NCBI GenBank assembly: GCA_026387835.1 | Contig: JAPLKZ010000005.1 | Coordinates: 180,001-212,000 of the forward strand | DNA from: Candidatus Saganbacteria bacterium | Lineage (GTDB): Bacteria; Margulisbacteria; WOR-1; JAKLHX01 | Reading direction: 5' to 3' | Length of the DNA: 32,000 nt | Part shown: piece after piece, positions 28,052-32,000 of the stretch | How the letters are laid out: each line of letters starts with the position of its first letter | Position numbering within the stretch: the first letter of the stretch is position 1 | Position numbers and translations under genes: made by a program | Notes under the pieces: model-generated | The model's database searches: none | What the model was told of the DNA's origin: nothing | The model's input: only the letters and a program-made list of their open reading frames with translations

Positions 28052-29153
28052 AACAGGGAAAAAGATCTTTTTTATCGACGCGGTAAGATCAACCGTGAAA
28101 AGGACCTCGGGATATTTGAAAAAAAATAAATTCATATTGATCGGGCTCGTTTTTGTGGCCATTATGGCGGTCGCCGTTTTCCTGTCGGGGACTCTTTTCC
28201 TTTCAAAAGACCCTTTGGACAACAAGCTTATCAAAGTCACTGTCCCGAATACATTTACCACAAGGGAGATAGGCAGTTTGCTGTATTTGAGCGGGATAAT
28301 AGATAATACCGCGGCGTTCGACTTTTCGGCAAAAATGATCAGGCTCGATTCGCGGCTGAAGGCGGGCACGTATTTTTTCAGCCCGAGCATGACGGTACTT
28401 AATATCCTTACCGATCTGAACGAGGGAAGGACGGTGTTCGGGCCGGCAAAATTGACGATACCCGAAGGCTCTTCGATATACAAGATCGCGAGGACGATCG
28501 AAAAAAAAGGTATCATGATGGACGGGAGCATCGATTCGCTCTATTTCGACGGCATTTCCGAAAATTTAAGATCAAGATATCCGTTCCTTGCCAATCCAAA
28601 GACAAAGTCCCTTGAAGGCTATCTTTTCCCCGACACGTATTTTGTCCCGGACAGGATGACGGTGGACGCTTTGGTCGAATTAATGCTCGACCGTTTTGTA
28701 AAAGTAGTGATGCCTGTCTGGAACACTTCGGGTATCAAAAGATATTCTCTTCACGAGGTGCTGACGATAGCTTCGATAGTCGAAAAAGAAGCGCAGGTCG
28801 ACTGGGAAAGGCCGATCATCGCCTCGGTTTTTTTGAACCGCCTCGAGAACGGAATGCCGTTGAGGGCCGATCCCACGGTAAAATACGCCCTTGAAAGGCC
28901 GAAAAAGATAATTACTTATGAGGACCTCAAGGTCAGGTCGCCGTACAATACTTATATAAACAAAGGCCTGCCTCCGGGCCCCATCTGCAACCCCGGCCTG
29001 AAATCCATACTGGCAACGATCTATCCGGCAAGGACCAATTTCATATATTTTGTGTCAAACGGCAACGGTACGCACACTTTTTCGCCTGACTGGGCCGGCC
29101 ACGCGAAAGCGGTCGCAAAATACAGAAAAATAAGGGACCTGAAGGCAAGGTAG
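28044..29153 (+). CDS. mltG: Endolytic murein transglycosylase MltG (YceG)
   Basis: TM helix, SLEGYLFPDTYFV, VLTIASIVEKEAQ, PLRADPTVKYAL, NTYINKGLPPGPICNPGLKSI. Confidence 0.94.
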   Translation: MNETGKKIFFIDAVRSTVKRTSGYLKKNKFILIGLVFVAIMAVAVFLSGTLFLSKDPLDNKLIKVTVPNTFTTREIGSLLYLSGIIDNTAAFDFSAKMIRLDSRLKAGTYFFSPSMTVLNILTDLNEGRTVFGPAKLTIPEGSSIYKIARTIEKKGIMMDGSIDSLYFDGISENLRSRYPFLANPKTKSLEGYLFPDTYFVPDRMTVDALVELMLDRFVKVVMPVWNTSGIKRYSLHEVLTIASIVEKEAQVDWERPIIASVFLNRLENGMPLRADPTVKYALERPKKIITYEDLKVRSPYNTYINKGLPPGPICNPGLKSILATIYPARTNFIYFVSNGNGTHTFSPDWAGHAKAVAKYRKIRDLKAR

Positions 29154-29164
29154 TTATCGGTCAG

Positions 29165-30712
29165 TTACTCCCACTCGATAGTCGAAGGCGGTTTTGAGGA
29201 GATGTCGTACACGACGCGGTTTATCTGGGGCGATTCGTTGATGATGCGGCTCGAGATCGTCTCAAGAAGCTCATAAGGCAGTTTGGCCCAGTCCGCGGTC
29301 ATTGCGTCGTTCGAGGTCACCGCGCGTATCGCTATCGTGTTCAGATATGTCCTTTTATCTCCCATGACCCCGACGGTCCTTATGGGAAGCAGTACGGCAA
29401 AAGACTGCCAGAGTTTTGTGTAATAGCCGGCTTTTTTTACTTCGGTGACGACTATATCATCCACATCCTGCAGGATCTTCACCCTTTCTTTTGTGACCTC
29501 GCCGATTATCCTGATGGCCAGGCCCGGACCGGGGAAAGGCTGTCTTGAGATTATTTCTTCGGATATCTCCAATTCTCTTCCGAGAGCCCTTACCTCGTCC
29601 TTGAAAAGTTTCCGCAGGGGTTCGATCAGCTTGAACTTCATCTTTTTCGGGAGGCCGCCCACGTTGTGATGCGTTTTTATCCTGGCCGCCGATTTATTTT
29701 TTCCCGGCACGGCGCTTTCTATGACATCAGGATAAAGAGTTCCCTGGGCGAGAAAAGGTATCGTGCCCAGTTTTATCGCTTCTTCCTCGAAAGTGTGGAT
29801 GAACTCGTTCCCGATTATGTGCCGTTTTTGCTCCGGGTCGGTTACGCCTTTAAGCTTGGAATAGAAATGCTCCGAAGCGTCCACATATATAATGTTTATT
29901 TTAAAATTCTTCTCGAACATGACAGCGATCTTTTTCGCCTCGTCCTTTCTCATGAAGCCCTGGTCGATGAACATGCAGGTCAGCTGATCTCCAACCGCGC
30001 GGTGCACGAGGACGGCGACGGTCGTAGAATCGACGCCGCCTGAAAGCGCGCAGAGAATTTTGTCTTTTCCAACCATAGTTTTTATTTTTTCGGTCTGGCG
30101 TTCGATAAAAGATTTGGTGGTCCATGTGGCCTGGCTGTTGCAGATGATAAAGACAAAATTCTTTATTATATCGTCCCCGTATTCGGTATGGACCACTTCG
30201 GGATGGAACTGGACGGCATATAGTTTCTTTTCTATATTTCCTATCGCCGCGGCAGGCGTGTTCTGTGAATGCGCCATTATCTTGAACCCGGGAGGAGCTT
30301 TTTCAACGCTGTCGCCGTGGCTCATCCAGCAGTTTATCTGTAGAGGGATCCCCGCGAAAAGGTTCGTGTGGTCGTCGATGTTGAGCGGTGTTTTGCCGTA
30401 TTCCCTCACCGCGGACTCTTTTACGCTCCCTCCGAGTTCTTTTGCCATAAGCTGCATGCCGTAGCATATCCCGAGTATCGGGATCCCGCTTGTCAGTATC
30501 CCGGGATCAAGTTTCGGGGCGTCTTTTTCATAAACGCTGCTGGGCCCGCCGGAAAGTATTATCCCTTTGACTTCTTTTTTCTTTAATTCCCCGAGAGTCG
30601 TGGAGTAGGGGAGGACCTCGGAATAGACATTGCATTCCCTGACGCGCCGTGCGATGAGCATGCTGTACTGGGCGCCGAAATCAAGGACGACGATGAGGTC
30701 ATGCTTTTTCAT
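29165..30712 (-). CDS. guaA: GMP synthase (glutamine-hydrolysing)
   Basis: [56 protein letters not shown]-terminus. Confidence 0.97.
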   Translation of the reverse strand: MKKHDLIVVLDFGAQYSMLIARRVRECNVYSEVLPYSTTLGELKKKEVKGIILSGGPSSVYEKDAPKLDPGILTSGIPILGICYGMQLMAKELGGSVKESAVREYGKTPLNIDDHTNLFAGIPLQINCWMSHGDSVEKAPPGFKIMAHSQNTPAAAIGNIEKKLYAVQFHPEVVHTEYGDDIIKNFVFIICNSQATWTTKSFIERQTEKIKTMVGKDKILCALSGGVDSTTVAVLVHRAVGDQLTCMFIDQGFMRKDEAKKIAVMFEKNFKINIIYVDASEHFYSKLKGVTDPEQKRHIIGNEFIHTFEEEAIKLGTIPFLAQGTLYPDVIESAVPGKNKSAARIKTHHNVGGLPKKMKFKLIEPLRKLFKDEVRALGRELEISEEIISRQPFPGPGLAIRIIGEVTKERVKILQDVDDIVVTEVKKAGYYTKLWQSFAVLLPIRTVGVMGDKRTYLNTIAIRAVTSNDAMTADWAKLPYELLETISSRIINESPQINRVVYDISSKPPSTIEWE

Positions 30713-30718
30713 ATATTG

Positions 30719-30747
30719 ATTTTACATTACAGAATGAAAACTATCAA
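30719..30747 (-). promoter_or_regulatory. Promoter of guaA: TTGATA-N17-TAAAAT, -10 ends 6 nt before ATG
   Basis: Minus strand: TTGATA (30747-30742), 17 nt, TAAAAT (30724-30719), CAATAT, ATG. Confidence 0.65.
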
Positions 30748-30801
30748 CCGACTCAAAATGAATGTTATGCTCCGCGCATATAAAAATACTATAAAATTGT
30801 G

Positions 30802-30832
30802 TGAAATTTCGCAAAAAAAATGACGATAGATA
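30802..30832 (+). promoter_or_regulatory. Second copy of the bipartite element TGAAATTTC-N11-GACGATAGATA
   Basis: TGAAATTTC 30802-30810, 11 nt, GACGATAGATA 30822-30832; compare 223-253. Confidence 0.5.
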
Positions 30833-30840
30833 ATTAAGAA

Positions 30841-30879
30841 GATTTAAGGCTAAATCTCTTGAGCTTGTAAAGCAAGAGA
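30841..30879 (+). other. Structured 5' leader: two adjacent, slightly overlapping inverted repeats
   Basis: GATTTA-AGGC-TAAATC (30841-30856) and TCTCTTG-N11-CAAGAGA (30855-30879), sharing 2 nt. Confidence 0.45.
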
Positions 30880-30904
30880 ATTATTTGAATACAAGGAGGC
30901 TGAA

Positions 30905-31504
30905 ATGGCGAAATTAATTTCACCGGCAGAATTATCAACGAGATTTCGTCCGCAGATGGTGCAGGCTTTTGGTGTGAGACTGCCTATCCCAAGAGCGATA
31001 TCTAGCAGAGCTCCGCAATGGATACAAAGTGAAATATCCGCCACTGGATGTTTACGTCCGCAACATGACCGTCTTGCAGGGGATGTATCTCCGGAAAAAA
31101 TAAGTAAATTTTATGCAATCCCTCAAGCTTTAACAGGACTACGCTTTGATTTAAAGATTTCAACTGACACACAGGGCCGTATTCTCCCGTCATTGTTTCG
31201 GCCGAATAATTTTGCCGTGCTTCCGGGAAGTGCAGTTGAGTTTTCAGACATTCTTTACGGAAGAACTGCGGCTGCCTTTTTTGACCATCCGCAAGATGGT
31301 CTCCAGGTTCGTAGAGAGCCATTATATGAACATCTCTATCGTCTTGATACACTTGATCCTCCGGACGGCCACGGGATCCTAGTTGCAGTATTTCAGTTTG
31401 GAGTAATTAGTAACACAAAGGACGGATCAGATTCATCAAATTATGATGCGGGCGAGGGCTGGTGGCCCCTAGTACTTTCATTAAAAACTCCTGTTGATGA
31501 ATAG
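30905..31504 (+). CDS. Protein of unknown function (199 aa)
   Basis: ORF with strong AAGGAGG Shine-Dalgarno (30893-30899). No family recognised. Confidence 0.75.
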   Translation: MAKLISPAELSTRFRPQMVQAFGVRLPIPRAISSRAPQWIQSEISATGCLRPQHDRLAGDVSPEKISKFYAIPQALTGLRFDLKISTDTQGRILPSLFRPNNFAVLPGSAVEFSDILYGRTAAAFFDHPQDGLQVRREPLYEHLYRLDTLDPPDGHGILVAVFQFGVISNTKDGSDSSNYDAGEGWWPLVLSLKTPVDE

Positions 31505-31525
31505 AGGCTAAAACCGAGGACGGCT

Positions 31526-32000
31526 CTACTTATACATCCCGAGCTGCTGTGCTTTCTGGAAGACTTTTCCTTCTGTTAAATTTGACGGTGCGATGACGAT
31601 ATCTACGGACTGCATCTCTTTGATGTTCGAGGCGCCGAGAGTGCCCATCGAAGTCTTTAAGGCTCCCACAAAGTTCTCTGAGCCGTCATCGAATTTCGCG
31701 GGGCCGAGAAGTATTTCTTTTAATGAACCGATAGTCCCGACTTTTATCCTTGTCCCGCGCGGAAGCACCGAATTCGGAGTGGCCATGCCCCAGTGAAAAC
31801 CTTTTCCGGGAGCTTCTTTGGATTTTGCAAGGGGCGATCCGATCATCACAGCGTCAGCTCCGCACGCGATAGATTTGCAGATGTCCCCGCCGACCACCAT
31901 TCCGCCGTCAGCGATAATAGAAACGTATTTTTTTGTCTTCTTGTAAAAATCATCCCTTGCGCAGGCGCAGTCAACGATTGCGGTAGCCATAGGTATTCCG
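31526..32000 (-). CDS. IMP dehydrogenase/GMP reductase-family protein (GuaB3-like), 5' part beyond the window end
   Basis: ADGGMVVGGDICKSIACGADAVMIGSPLAKSKEAPGKGFHWGMATPNSVLPRGTRIKVG. The frame stays open to the window edge. Confidence 0.85.
   Translation of the reverse strand, partial: GIPMATAIVDCACARDDFYKKTKKYVSIIADGGMVVGGDICKSIACGADAVMIGSPLAKSKEAPGKGFHWGMATPNSVLPRGTRIKVGTIGSLKEILLGPAKFDDGSENFVGALKTSMGTLGASNIKEMQSVDIVIAPSNLTEGKVFQKAQQLGMYK

Noticed and set aside
1-32000. CRISPR array, transposon ends, tRNA/rRNA genes, toxin-antitoxin or other defence genes
   Set aside because: No spaced direct repeats, transposase-like ORFs, cloverleaf or rRNA-like segments, or defence-domain motifs were found on reading; a tRNAscan/Infernal run would settle the RNA question.

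Overview
The window looks like an ordinary bacterial chromosome segment, dense with housekeeping genes. I recognise tadA, pyrR, an AddA/AddB-like helicase-nuclease pair, rmuC, an OsmC-family gene, rpmE-prfA-prmC, coaE, glgA, a YebC-family gene, a PHP-domain gene, uvrA, a PC4-like gene, dnaB, an LptD/OstA-like gene, tmk, a large secreted beta-propeller/FN3 protein, alaS, ruvX, mltG, guaA and part of a guaB-family gene. Two genes of unknown function sit near the two window edges. I see no CRISPR array, transposase, tRNA or rRNA, and no obvious defence or biosynthetic island, so I do not claim a new multi-gene system. The best unexplained signals are: (1) a bipartite element TGAAATTTC-N11-GACGATAGATA, with identical 11-nt spacing, upstream of both unknown genes, about 30.6 kb apart; (2) a recurring arrangement TA[TA]AAT-N6-ATG in front of tadA, rpmE, the surface-protein gene, alaS and guaA, which predicts leaderless mRNAs; (3) an in-frame TAG inside the apparent signal peptide of the LptD-like gene; (4) face-to-face overlapping promoters in the 45-bp rpmE/coaE gap; (5) overlapping hairpins in the 5' leader of the 30905 gene; (6) a Gly-rich/TM/Lys-Arg C-terminal tail on the surface protein. 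Family assignments come from reading motifs, not from database searches.
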